Source: Phyllobates terribilis (taxonomy: Eukaryota). From it: a stretch of DNA of 64,000 bases. This document shows positions 34,503 to 47,389 of the stretch, one piece after another (position 1 is the stretch's first letter; the number at the start of each line of letters is the position of its first letter). The notes beneath the pieces are model-generated. The model ran no database searches, had not been told where the DNA came from, and was given only the letters and a program-made list of their open reading frames with translations. The DNA lies in assembly GCF_046119375.1 (NCBI RefSeq), contig NW_027362879.1, positions 1,984,001 through 2,048,000 on the forward strand, written 5' to 3'. A program made the translations under genes and the position numbers.

Positions 34503-36045
34503 ACAGTACCGCCTGAGGTCTTGCAGTTGGAATAATCCCTCTGTAAAATGTTTTTCCCTTTGCCTGCTCCCCTACATGTATACCCTCGAGCTTGTATACA
34601 GGCATGTAGGGGTGCAGGCCTTACTAGATATCGAGGCTTTGTACAGTAATATACCGCATGAGGATGATATCAGAGGAGTAAGACATTTCTTGAAATCGAG
34701 GTCAGTAGAGTGTAGCAGACATAATGACTTCATGGAGGATCTTCTAAAATTCACTCTTACTCATAACTTCTTTCTTTTTGACAGGAAGTACTTCCACCAG
34801 CTCAGGGGTACTGCGATGGGGAGCCTCTGTGCCCCCTCGTATGCTAACTTATCCCTGGACTGGTGGAGAAAACCACAATATTCAGGGATGATCATAAGTG
34901 GTGGCATTCATATATTGGGGTATGGTACAAATATATTGACTACATTTTTATCATCTGGTCAGGGACGAGTGAACAATCTTTTGAATTTGTCAGGGAACTC
35001 AACATCCATAGAGTGGGCCTGAGATTTACATCTGAATTTTATTATTACCAGTTGCCTTTCCTGGATGTTCTAATTAAGAAAGATTGGAATGGGACCCTAG
35101 GGACACTCATCTACCATAAACCTTCAAGCACTAATAAACTATTGAAGTGGAATAGCCACCACCCCATCTCCATAAAAAGAGGAATACCCAAGGGCCAATT
35201 TTTATAGTTGAGAAGGTACTGCCATAATGTCACGGATTTTAATATGCAGGCAATAGACTTGAACATCAGATTCAGGGAAAAAGGGTACTCCTGGTACATT
35301 TTGGATTCCGCATCGTTTGGAGAAAAATTGGAGAGACAGACACTCCTCCATGCCTATCCAAGTGACCAAGAAAAAGATTGGACGACACGAGTAAGAAAAA
35401 CTTACAACAATCAGAGTGACTGTATCTTTCATATCCTCAGAAAACACTGGGATATACTTGTGGCTGACCCTGACCTGGAGGTCCTGTGGGATCTACACCC
35501 ACAATAACTTTCAGAAAGGGTCAGTCAATTAGGGATCATTTATTGCATAGTTTCTACAAAAAAAACTGCACCCAAGGGGACTTGGCTAGATAAAAGAATC
35601 TGCGGTTTCTTTAGATGTGGAGAATGTTGTACATTTAGTTGGATGAGACCATGTAAATCTTTCTCGAGTTCCTCCACGAGTAAAAACTTTTTTCAGAGGG
35701 ATTATTCCAACTGTAAAACCTCAGAACTTGTATATATGGCCACATGCATCTGCCCCCTAGATTATGTAGGCAAGACCAAGAGGGAGTCTAGGAGGAGGGT
35801 GGGGGAGCATTTGGGTGATATATGCCATGGTCGGGACACCCCATTAGCGAGACACATGAACAGTGTACATCGAGGTGAAACCGGAGACCTCTCCTTTTGT
35901 ATCATTGAGGTGGTTAAACCCAATGTGAGAGGAGGTGACCACAATAGATGTGTCCTCAAAAAAGAAAGTGAGTGGATTTTTAGACTGGATTCACGAGCCC
36001 CTAAGGGACTGAATGAGAAAATTTCTTATGCCTGTTTCGTGTTAA
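34503..36045 (+). mobile_element. Penelope-like element (RT + GIY-YIG), copy B
   Basis: Paralog of 958-2500; GTAMGS.CAPSYANL, YKYIDYIF, YVGKTKRE..EHL..HMNSVH..WIFRLDSRAPKGLN. Confidence 0.9.
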
Positions 36046-36589
36046 TGCAGCCCCATTCGGGATTACATTTTTGGATTTTATACTCTACCTATTGCTACTC
36101 AGTTCCCAGTGAATGGGGTTCACATATTGTACTTCATCGAGATATCTGAGCTTCTATATCAGAATTATTTATCAGTTATATCCTACATCTACTATTTCAT
36201 AATTAAGAAGTGTGGTGTTCCTTGTGTATCTCTATGCAATAGGGGTCAAATTTGACCATTTAGGAGTATACTGTGGGCCATCATCCCATATTTTCTGTAG
36301 TAATAAAATAGATCTACATGCCTATTGCATGATGCAAGGATGTGCAATACTTGTTTTTAGTCTCCCATGATGCTGATCTCACAGATAGGATTTTTCTATG
36401 TTGGTGGTATGCAATCCAATACCATATGCGCTCCGGTGTGGAACCCATGCTTCCTGACATGCACATTCGCAGATAGGAGACCGTGATGCACTCCATCATG
36501 GAACGCACATGTCCGGCACGTTTGAGCTTCCTTCCGGCCTGTTGTTTTGTGCTGAATTGTGGGGAATACTTGAGAATTTATTTTTGTTC

Positions 36590-36890
36590 TGTCTTTAGTT
36601 GATCCCACTGATGCATCAGATTAGTCCTCAGAGAATTATAATTAGAGGAACCCATGGACACATTGGGATTTGTGAAGCTGACCTCCGCTCTCCTCTATTT
36701 CCTTTGAATTCATTGTGTCACTTGTATTTCTGAATAGTAGCTCTTGGTTTGTTCCATTTCCATGTGTAAATTGAATTTGACTCGTAGTCTTTGATATCTC
36801 TTTCAAACTTAGTTTTTTTGATGTCTGAGATCCATCCTCCAGACTTTGTAAATTCTTCTGCATATTTTGTTTGAGTTTTGTATCCATAAA
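36590..36890 (-). mobile_element. Probable Penelope N-terminal remnant, copy B
   Basis: Paralog of 3050-3350. Confidence 0.45.
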
Positions 36891-36962
36891 GGCTTCTACA
36901 CTGGGCGGAAAACTTTCACCTAGTTATTTTCAAGAAACAAATATCAAACGCAATGTGACTTG

Positions 36963-38010
36963 ATTATCCTTTATAAATTTATCTTTATTAAGTTTTGAAA
37001 AGGAAATACAAATACAAACACCGGGTACTAGTTGTGCAACAAGTAGTAGGTCAAATATGACCCCATAACCATAACAATAATCAGTATTTCCAAAACATTT
37101 GAAAATGAAATAATTAAACACAATACAAAGTAGAGTTGCTGGTAGAACATTGGTTCAATGTGTTTTAGGATATACCAGCGTGGTGACTCAGACTTAAACA
37201 TTAAGTCATTACATATTAATGTGGATTAACAAATAAGGGCTATAAAAGAAAGAATGAGTAGTTAAAACAAAAAACACAAATACACACAAAGACAAAGGGA
37301 AGTGGGGGAAGGGATGTATGGGTAAGAGGGTTAGGGTACTGTCAGATAGGCTCCTGAAGTATAGACTTAGCTTTCCCCTATGAGGTCAAGGTAATCAGCG
37401 GAAGATTTAAACTCCAGTAGAACCATGTTTTATAAAATTTATCATGGGAGTTATTGATCATGGAGGGGAGTTCGTCCGTTAGCATAATCTCATTTATTTT
37501 GGTGAACCATAGTGAGATTGTCTTGATAGTGTTACTTTTCCATAGCAAGGGAATACATGCTCTAGCAGACGTGATCAAGAGTCTCAGTGTCGAGTTTCTT
37601 ATATGTTTTTAAAGGGATGTTGCTGTGATGGAGAAGGATGAAAGCTGGGTCAAGGTCTGAAATAAGATCAGTGAATTTACTAATCACTAGTAGTACTTTT
37701 CCCCAGAAAGGAGAAAGGAGTTTACAGGCCCAGAAAATATGTAGTAGGTCACCCTCCTCCTCCCCACATGTCCAGCACATGGGACTAGCATCTGGGAATA
37801 TAGAGTGTAGGCGAGTTGGGACCCTATACCACTGAGAAAGCAGTTTATAGCTGGCCTCCTGAAATCGCGAGCTGATTGATGATGTGTGTCAAGGTGAAGA
37901 TTCGCTTCCACTGATCCCTCATTAAGGTGCAACCCAGATCTCTCTCCCATTGACATTGGAAGCTGGTTTTAGACTGGTCCAGGGGTTCAATCAGTAGGGA
38001 ATGCGAGAGT
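36963..38010 (-). mobile_element. L1/Tx1-type LINE 3' fragment, copy B
   Basis: CWTCGEEEGDLLHIFWACKLLSPFW (CCHC), ARACIPLLWK, KFYKTWFYW. Confidence 0.85.
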
Positions 38011-38059
38011 GACAGTGTGTCTTAATGGGCCAGTATTTGGTAACTTGGTTATCCTATAA

Positions 38060-38510
38060 GGGTTTTTTTTAAATGTCGACATACATCCTGTAAAGGATGC
38101 AACTATGTTAATAAAACCGACACATTTGCAGAAAACCTAACGGGACAGAAATTTGCAATACACAATTTCATCAGTTGTACCACTATAGGGGTCATCTATT
38201 TAATAGAGTGTATAGAGAGTTAACAGCAATATGTGGAATGCACGTCAGATCTGCTATAAACATGTATTAGAAGACATTTATCTGACGCAATCAATCCCAC
38301 AGCATTAAACCTGTCTGTGGTTTCAAGACGCTTTTCACAAAAACATAAAGGGGATATCAGATCCTTCAGATATCAGGATTAGAAAAGTCTTATAAACCAT
38401 TAAGAGGTGGAGATGTGAAAAGAAAAATCTTAAATAGAAAGTCATATTGGATATTTAAATTACACACTAGAGCCCCACAGGGAATGAACATCAGACAGGA
38501 TTAATATTAC
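38060..38510 (+). mobile_element. Penelope GIY-YIG 3' fragment
   Basis: FISCTTIGVIYLIEC..QYV..RRHLS, RGGDVKRKILNR..YWIFKLHTRAP.GMN across frameshifts. Confidence 0.75.
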
Positions 38511-39556
38511 AGTACAATTAATTGTATTTGTTTTTGATTTCCAGTGATTTTATTGAATGTCTCATGTCTGAGTTGTATTTGTGTATTATCTTTTTCTTCC
38601 ATACAATACAGGGTTAAATTGTCTGAGCAGTGCTCAGTAATCAATGGACACCCAGGAAAGGGAAGGATATAAAAGTATCACCGAGACTCACATGTTGTAA
38701 ATCAGGAATAAGCATTGGTTTGGTATGTGGGCACTTGGTGGTATGCCATCACAACAGTGTTTATGAATTCACAATAAATGTGAGGTTTTAACAATATAGA
38801 CAATGCTGGAGAATCCATCTCTCCTCCTTTCTCTACTTGCACCTTGAAATGTCCCTGACCAGGGCGGCTCCATGCGGTGATCTTCAGACCAGATACATTG
38901 AACAAACAGTGAGCTGACCTCCCTCTCCATTTTACCATTATATCCATGTTTTCCCTATAGTGACGAATATTTATTTTTGCTAAAACTGTGATATTTTCAC
39001 TTTAAAACTTTTTTTTAAACCTTTCTTTATAAACGTTTTTAAACCACTCTCCTTAGTGCGATCATACAACACAGAAGCCTCTGATCGCTCCGGTGATGCA
39101 CTGTACTACTGTAGTGCCATGTATTATCACTACCTGTGCAATAGTAATGTCCCCATACACATGAGATAAGTGTTGGCTGATCGGTCATTTGGCAGATGGC
39201 TATCTCTCCAGACTCCTCCATACACACAAATATTCCAGCTTTCCTGTGGTTTGTATGACTGACTGGTACTGTCGGGAGGCCCCCAAATACATTATATAGT
39301 CAACCAAAACCCCCAAAATCAGTGCTTCCATGCAACTTTAGTCTAATGTTTATGGGGCGTTAAAAGGTAACTTATTGGACGCTGCCTCTGGCCCGGCCTA
39401 ATAGACTTTCGTACATTGCAGGCCCAGACACCATTATTAGGCATTTCAGTATTGTAGGAACTAGGCAGCCCCATACAATCGAGTACTTGGGGAGGAAGGG
39501 CATTCAGCCGAACTCTGTCACACCTTCTTAGATGCCATGTTTGCTTTTTGCAGGAC

Positions 39557-40150
39557 AACGCGCACAGCACCAGGAACTAGCGGTGGACACCGCGATCCTC
39601 TAAGCCACTACGTGCAGTACCACCTTATAACCAGGAACTAGGGGTCACAGGTATGCTACGTCCAGCTCTAATCGGTCTATCTCTGCCTCCACAGTCCCTC
39701 TCAGCTGATAACTCTGAGTCTGCCACTCTCTGCTCTTTTCTGCAGACCCAAGCAGCCAGTGTCACCATATCTCCACACTTTTGAATCCCTACCTTTGAAC
39801 ACCATCCAGCAGTCTAGTAGGTGTCGCCTCTCTTCAATTTGTATATATACTTGCTCTATACTATGATGTTGTATCTGCATTAATGGGGTTTGATGAAATA
39901 TTATGCACTGTTTGACAGCATGTTTATTGTTCAGGTTAAACAAGAGATATTATCATGTTATTGCGCTATGATCCATTTGCATATGCTTTTTTATTTTATT
40001 ACTTATTATTATTCTTTTATTTATTGTTTTGTTCTTTGTGCAATTTCCAATAGTTCTTGATTAAGGTCAGATCGACCGAAACGTTTACTTTTGTTTTTGG
40101 ACTGCATTAAAAAAAAAATTTTCTATAAGAACCATTGAGTGCCGAGGTTA
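39557..40150 (+). mobile_element. Penelope 3' tail (paralog of 7006-7350, extended) ending in a hammerhead-like motif
   Basis: Matches 7006-7340; continues to cttgattaaggtcagatcgaccgaaacgtt at 40056-40085. Confidence 0.55.
40056..40085 (+). ncRNA. Variant hammerhead-ribozyme-like motif (non-canonical core)
   Basis: CTTGATTAA-ggtc-agatc-gacc-GAAA-cgtt; palindromic AACGTT in place of helix III. Confidence 0.35.
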
Positions 40151-42435
40151 TTCTCAATGTCAATTCCAGTGTCAGAAAATTAGACGAGAATTAGCTTTAT
40201 AGAAGATGAGTCTATGAGAAACGTATTCAGCTGCAGACTCCGAGGAAGAAACTGCTTGTTGTCTGTGGCCTAAAATATATAGGTTTTATTAATAGATGTA
40301 AAGAAAAAACTAAATACTGTAAAATAATAAATCTCCTTATATGTTTCCCCTCATTATCTCCAATAGCTGTATTATTACACAGGATTTTTATGATGTTACA
40401 TCGGCTCATCTTCTTCTCATTCAGGTCCCTACAATATTAGATCCTCTCAGTGAAGATCTTCTACATAAGAAAATTTTCCTGATTTATCCATCAAAGATGG
40501 ATATGGACAGAGACAAGATGGCGGAGAGGATATTACACCTCACCCTGGAGATCCTTTTCCGGCTTACTGGAGAGGTGAGAGATTCTGATGACGTCACATT
40601 ACATCATTCTTATCTATGGGAATAACAGATGGACAGAACTGGAGAGGTGAGGACTCTGGAAATGTCTGGAGGGAGATTTATTAATGTGTCTCTCCATAAC
40701 AAGAGATTAATCACGGGGCCTCCATACATGAGGACATCAATGACCAGAAGATCCTAGAACTCACCTACAAGATGATTGAGTTGCTGACTGGAGAGGTGAC
40801 ACTGCTGGGAATGCTGGGACATTATACAGTAACGCTATGAAGGGATCGGGGGGATGACGGTATCATTGTATGTGTCAGGTTCCTATAAGGTGTCAGGATT
40901 TCGTCGTCTATTTCTCCATGGAGGAGTGGGAGTATTTAGAAGGACACAAAGATCTGTACAAGGACATCATGATGGAGGTTCCCCAGCCCCTCACATCACC
41001 AGGTAATAGAGAGGACTAAATACACACGGCCTATAATTATCTGTATGGAAAGAATGAATTCAGTCCCTGTATGTGTTTCCTCCAGATCTATCCAGTAAGA
41101 GGACAACACCAGACAGATGTCCCCGTCCTCTTCTTCCACAGAACTGTAAACAAGAAGATCCCAATGTTCCTCAGGATCATCAGGTAGATGGAGAGAAGGT
41201 GTCATGAGATCTCCCCTATGATGTGTAGACGGCTGTGAAGGTCTTGTGCTCAGTTCTGTTTTATCCACCAGTATTATATGTTTTATATTTGTGTAATGAG
41301 AACGGTGGAGATGGCAGGATTAGAGCTGATCATAGATGTGACTTCTCCATCTGTCTGTGACTTTTATAATATTTATTTCAGGGTGAAGATCTGACCCATA
41401 TTAATACTACAGAGACATATGTGAGGGATGATGAGCGGTGTAAAGAGGAGATTCCTACATATGACTACCCAGGTGAGTAGTAACCACTAAATACAGAGAA
41501 GTCACAGATTCTTCTCAGTCACCGGCTGTGGCTGCTTTATCGGTGATGTAGTCCGGCCGTATCACAATCGTGTGATCACCATTTTGCCACTAGACCACAA
41601 CATTCTCTTCCGTCCGAAAATGTTCAAATTACTTTGGGAAATTGTGAAAGCCCTTTTCTATAGAACTTACAACCTGGAGGATCCACCTACTCCCTGTGAT
41701 TAGGAGACGTTACCTGCCCAGATCTGTAAACCACAAAGCCAGAAAATTACTTGAAGAAAAATATTATGATGGGCCTGTAAGAGAAAGTGGAGGGTAATGA
41801 TGGTGTTCGCTTCCTAGATCCCTGATATCTTATTGGATGAATCTACCTTCTCTCCCTTCTGTGCGGCTGAATGTGCTCATATGGTCCCTACAAGACCAGG
41901 TCCAGTCTTTCTGGCCAAGCTTCACTTTTATGATCGACATTAAATGTGCGGTGAGGGACAAGTGTGAATTTCTGTACAATAACAGCAGAGTTTCCCTTTA
42001 TACTGACTGTTCTATTTCTTTTAAGACCGACTAACTTCAAACAGGATTGTGATAAACTACACAAAAAACATTACACCTGTGCCATGATATATCTCTAAGC
42101 TGTGCGTGGCTGATGGCTGTAATATACATTTATTCACGCCTGCAGGAGATGTGTTGGCTCCAGCCCTGGTTTCATGGATTCACTCCACGTCATAAATTAC
42201 ATTATGTTTTCATCCTAAGGAATTCAGATTACTGCACAATCTCTCCTGAAATGGGGGCGCTAATACTTTCTCTACTCTTCTGGTCAGGACTCATAGTAGC
42301 TCCAATAGTCCACCATAAATGAGTGTAACTCCAGGTTAGTGTTGGATTTCTCCCTTCATACATACATTGTTGTTGGGGATGTTACATGTTTTCATATTCT
42401 TTCTTTTTTTTTTTACAAGTTCATTCTGTATGATA

Positions 42436-43174
42436 CGAGGGTCAGTCAATAAGTAATGCCTCCTATTTTTTTTCTCCTTTTAATTGGCAAGAAATTCAAA
42501 TGCAATTACATAGGTTGAAAACCACAACATTAACAATTAATTTGTCATTTTTCAATATAATCTCCATCCATTTCCACAGTCTTGGTCCACCGTTTAACAA
42601 GGGCATGTATTCTAGCATGGTAAAAAGCATTCTTGGGACCCACCGTGCACAAACTTTTCTGTATCCCAGTTGTCCAATAATTTTCATCACACTGCCTTTA
42701 CTGAGGCAGATAATGCCACACAATTCATCTGCAGTCACCCGGCGGTCACCACGAATAATGTCATCGACTCGCTGAATGCTGCTTGGAGTCACTGTGGTTA
42801 CTGGCCTGCCACTCCGCATTTTGTCAGCCAACGGTGATGGCCCTTCAGCTGTGTTACAGCGACGAACCCATCGTCTAACAGTACTGACATCCACTGTTGC
42901 ATCACCGTACACATTTTTCAGTCTCTCATGAATTCAAATGGGCGTTTCACCTTCTGCATGCAAGAATTCAATCACAGAACGTTGTCTAATACGAACATCG
43001 ATGTCAGCCATTTTGCAAACGGATACAGTCCTGCCACCTGTTGGTGCAGGAAGTTGCAATTGCTGTGGATTGGAGAAGAAGGTTTGAGGAATTGTGCCAA
43101 ATTCAAATATTTAACATAACTACCTTATTTAAGGAGAAAAAAAATAGGAGGCATTACTTATTGACTGACCCTCG
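42436..43174 (-). mobile_element. Mariner internal-deletion derivative (739 bp)
   Basis: Perfect 44-bp TIRs cgagggtcagtcaataagtaatgcctcctattttttttctcctt; TA flanks; VSTVRRW..RSGRP..KVCARWVPRML; catalytic domain absent. Confidence 0.93.
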
Positions 43175-43542
43175 TAGTTTCATTGTGGTGGGATCGGCCG
43201 GCCTCACTTATGTGAGTCTGTAACTCCCTGGTCGTCTTTCAGAAAGATCTCCATTTCCTCTTCCAAATGCCCGAGATCTAAATTTAAGACACCTCAGCTC
43301 TGCAGTATTGTAAAAAAGTTCACTTTAAATGTCTAATATTTCTTCTTGACACTCATCTGACAGAAAATATTGTCCCTTACGATAGTTTAGATTCCCAAGA
43401 GCCCCATACTCCAGTTACCCCAGAGAGGTTTCACCACTAGTTACTCATTTTTCTCTGATGGAGACTGTTGAGTTTGTTCATTTCAGTTGATGTTTTATTG
43501 TCTATAGTCACAGTTTTTGACTTCAGTAATCCTCTGCTTTAA

Positions 43543-44935
43543 CCCCTTCCTGCAGTCAGTTTTCTGTTCCTAATCAGGGCCATTTTTCAAGTCTGACGTG
43601 TGTCACTTTATGTGGTGATAACTTTGGAATTCTTCACAAAGGATAATAGGAAACAAATGGACCTTACAAATTATTTTCCAACTTCTTTTGAATCTGACAA
43701 TACCCTGTATACGGTTGTACACTACTGTCTGGGCACATGGCAGGTTAAGAAGGGAAGGAGCGCCATTTAGCTATTAGGAATGCAGATTTTGCTGGAATAG
43801 TTCCCAGACACAATGTATTGGGGGCACTGTTTATGGTCATTTGGAAGCTCAAAAGATGGCCACCACAAACAGGCTTCTCTTATCTACCCCGTTTACAGAT
43901 TTCACAAATTACTTTGCCCATTACCATTTATCCCTTCTATATGGATCTGGACTTACACAGAGACCCCTAGGCTTGGGCCACGGTGTTACCTGCTGTTCTG
44001 TGGGGTGAGATGGGAAGAAGAATAGTCAGATAGCCGGGTCAGAACCAGGAGGGCAGAGAAAATACAAAATCAGAAGACACAAGAGTAGTCAGTAAACGGG
44101 CCGAGGTCACAACAGAAACAAATACACAAGCCGGGAGCTGAGCACAGAGGACTGAACCAGAGGAGAACAAGGCTGTATCTGGTAGCTTCCGGCAATATGC
44201 TTCCAGCTTTAGTAGGGTGTGGTGCTCTCCAGTTGGCTGAAGCCGGGAGCATATTACTCCAGCTGGACAGCACATACACCCATACTGCCAGACTGGATGG
44301 TACTACAGGTACCAGCAACCCTAATCTTAGTGGCTGGACAGAGCCTGCGCCGCCCAGAGCTTCTGGTTCTGACGTCTCTTCTATCACCAGCGCCACCTGC
44401 AGAATGAATAAGGCGGCTCCTGGTGACAGAAGCAGACGTCACACAAGTCGAAGCAGGAGGAGAAGTAGACGTCCCAGACGAGATGGGACACACCATTTGC
44501 AGAAGCCCTAATATAACAAAATGGTAGAAGACCAGATCAGTAGAAATCCCCATAAAGTGACTCCATTTTGGAAATTATAACCCTCAGTGAATTAATCTAT
44601 AGGAGTAGTGACTATTTTGACTCCACAGTCACTTTCCAGAAATTAGCACGCAGTGGATGTTGGAGAGTGAAAATTACAAATATATTATTTTATTACCCAA
44701 CACATAGTGCCCAGATTGTGCTCCAGGAGACACACACCGTAAATTAAGTGGGTTCTTCTCACTATAGTAATGCCAAATACATGGATGCTGAATGTGGTTT
44801 GGGCGCACTGCAAGGCTAAGAAGTGAGGGGGAGATCTGACTTTGGGAGAGCGGATATTGCTGGATTGGTTTATGGAAGCCATGTTGCTTTTCAAGAGCCT
44901 TTGAGCCACTAATAATGTGGAAACCTCTGTTATTC
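43543..44935. mobile_element. Degenerate TTAA/piggyBac-like non-autonomous element with possible nested solo LTR (43984-44428)
   Basis: TTAA at 43539-43542 followed by CCCCTTCC; paralog of 9075-10431. Confidence 0.45.
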
Positions 44936-46435
44936 CATTGACAGATGATGGACCTGAGTGGGGACTTGTTTTTTGTGAGATAAGTAGAAGTTTTTATTGG
45001 TATTATTTCACCTACATAACATCATTTGGTGTCTTTTTATTCCATATTTGGGAGGCAGAATGAACAAACAGTTGAACACCACGCTCTACTGCTCCTTTCT
45101 ATGAGGTTTTCTATCAGACAGTCATTGTCCTGGTGAATAAGTGATTTTTTTTTATATAACTTGCCTTTTTTATGGACAGTTTAAGTAGAAATGTTCAAAA
45201 ATATAAAATTCAAGGATTTTTTTATTAAAAAATAATATTCGGTTTTATTCTTGGCAGATGTCTGTACCAGGAGATGAAAGGGACAGCTGACATCTTCAAT
45301 TTTCAAATCAGATAATTTTCAGATCCAACAGGATACAATTGAAATGAATGACATTTCTCCAGATTTACCATCATCCCTTCACTGCAATGATCTGTCATCT
45401 GATCCTTCGAAACAGGTCCTGTCTTCTGATTCATTACCGACTACTAAGGAAAATCAAAGTCACAAAACAAGCATTAAAAAACAAACTGCTCCTAATGCAA
45501 AGAAGACATTTTCACATTCAGAATATAGTAATAGTTTTCCTCCCAAAAAGTCTTTTCTTAAACCTCAAAAAATTCACACAGCGAAGAATAGATTTTCTTG
45601 TTCAAAGTGTGGGAGGTGTTTTAATCAGAAATCAGATCTTGTTAGGCACCAGAGAACTCACACAGGAGAGAAGCCATTTTCCTGTTCAGAATGTGGGAAA
45701 TGTTTTACCAGTGAAATCAACTCTTAGCAAACATCAGAGAACTCACACAGGGGAGAAGCCATTTTCCTGTTCAGAATGTGGGAAATGTTTTACAGAGAAA
45801 TCAAATCTTATCAGACATCATAGAACTCACACAGGGGAGAAGCCATTTTCATGTTCAGAATGTGGGAAATCTTTTGCAAAGAAATCAAATGTTATCAAGC
45901 ATCAGAGAACTCACACAGGGGAGAAGCCTTTTTCATGCTCAGATTGTGGAAAATGTTTTGGACACAAATCATATCTTTATAAACATCAGAGAACTCACAC
46001 AGGGGAGAAGCCTTTTTCATGTCCAGAATGTGGGAAATGTTTTAACCAGAAAGCGCATCTTGATAACCACTGGAGAATCCACACAGGGGAGAATGCCACA
46101 ACTACACCCAACTAGTCTCTGTACAGACTAGAACAGCCCTAGCTGCACAACTAAAAACTCCACCACACACCTAACTAACTAATAAGCCATTGAGGAGTTT
46201 CTCATACCTCCTGAGGAACCAGAGGGGAGGCGGCAACACACTGTCAACCAGGGGAAAGGAAAGTATGAAGGAAAATATGAAAACTCTGAGTGAGAAACAA
46301 AAACACATTCATATAGGGGAAAGAAGGCAAGCTAAGGAGAACCAAAAATAAAGGGAACAAGTATAATCTCCCAGAAACCTAACATTGTTGGAATAAAAAG
46401 GTACTGGGAGGGAAAGCAAACTGACCGGGAGGATA

Positions 46436-47209
46436 CAAGGTCAAGGGGGCCAAGGTCGGATCCCACTTAAACAGGGTCCCCAGGCAGGACCCAGCTCACC
46501 CTGCTTCTTCCTTCTCAGGACATTGGCCATGTTCGAATCTGACACAGCGGTTGAATATGACTAATACACTGTGAAGTCTACAGGCCCCACAGACAGGATC
46601 AACGAAAAAAAAGTGGGCCAATCACATCCGGCAGAAGGTACGTGATCACGCCCCTGATCACCAAACTGTATGCACAACTCTATACTAAAAGAATCATCTT
46701 ACTCCCATTATATTTTCTCTCCCCCCCCCCTCTCCTCCCTAGCTAAATCCAAAAAGAAGCAAAAAACCCCACTACGCTGAGGTACGATCACCACGTCTGA
46801 CCAGGTCTTCGCACCAATACCTCCATCAAGGAAAACCGGGATCATATGCCAGTACTGACCCATTTCCATTGAACTACCTACTGGCCTATTCAACTGATAT
46901 TCATGTATTGAAATCTATGAACTCTATTTTATTTTATTTTATTTTATTTATTGAAAATTTACTGTACACACCCGGACCTAGTGTACTTCTTACGGACTAT
47001 CTTATATCCTATTCTATTCCAATTTTAATAATTTGTAACCCAATAAAGGAATTTTAACTAATTACCCCGTCTCCCTAATCCATTCCACTATCGCTGGCGC
47101 AATTTTAAAAAAACTCTAAATCTACAATACATACATCCATACGGACAGGCATCGGTTCCCTGTCTACAAATTCGCAGCCACCATAGCGCCTTCTTCCTCC
47201 CAATCTACA
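46436..47209. mobile_element. Unidentified 774-bp insertion with 14-bp target-site duplication
   Basis: TGACCGGGAGGATA at 46422-46435 and 47210-47223; single copy at the unit-A empty site 17577-17590. Confidence 0.8.
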
Positions 47210-47271
47210 TGACCGGGAGGATAGTTTCATTGCTCACATTGCTTGGTTTTTTGTTTTGTGTTATACTATGT

Positions 47272-47304
47272 CTGATGAAGAGACCTCAGTAGTCTCGAAA
47301 GCTT
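47272..47304 (+). ncRNA. Minimal type-I hammerhead-ribozyme-like motif (Penelope tail)
   Basis: CTGATGA-a-GAGAC-ctcagta-GTCTC-GAAA-gctt; palindromic AAGCTT; helix I weak. Confidence 0.55.
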
Positions 47305-47389
47305 ACTGACTAATGGCTAACTGAAAAGATTGTATCAACCACTGAGGACTTTCAGATTTTTATATTTTTCTCCAAACAGCAATTTTAAG

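Larger units (their letters stand above)
40497..46115 (+). pseudogene. ZNF gene B, FAX/KRAB-like C2H2 pseudogene (6 fingers)
   Basis: Exons 40497-40574, about 40706-40795 (acceptor and 5' part deleted), 40879-41002, 41086-41183, 41382-41472, 45258-46115; TCA>TGA at 45275-45277; +1 frameshift about 45710. Confidence 0.9.

Noticed and set aside
38702-38947. 81-aa minus-strand ORF and the surrounding unassigned segment
   Set aside because: No motif I can assign; needs a database search.
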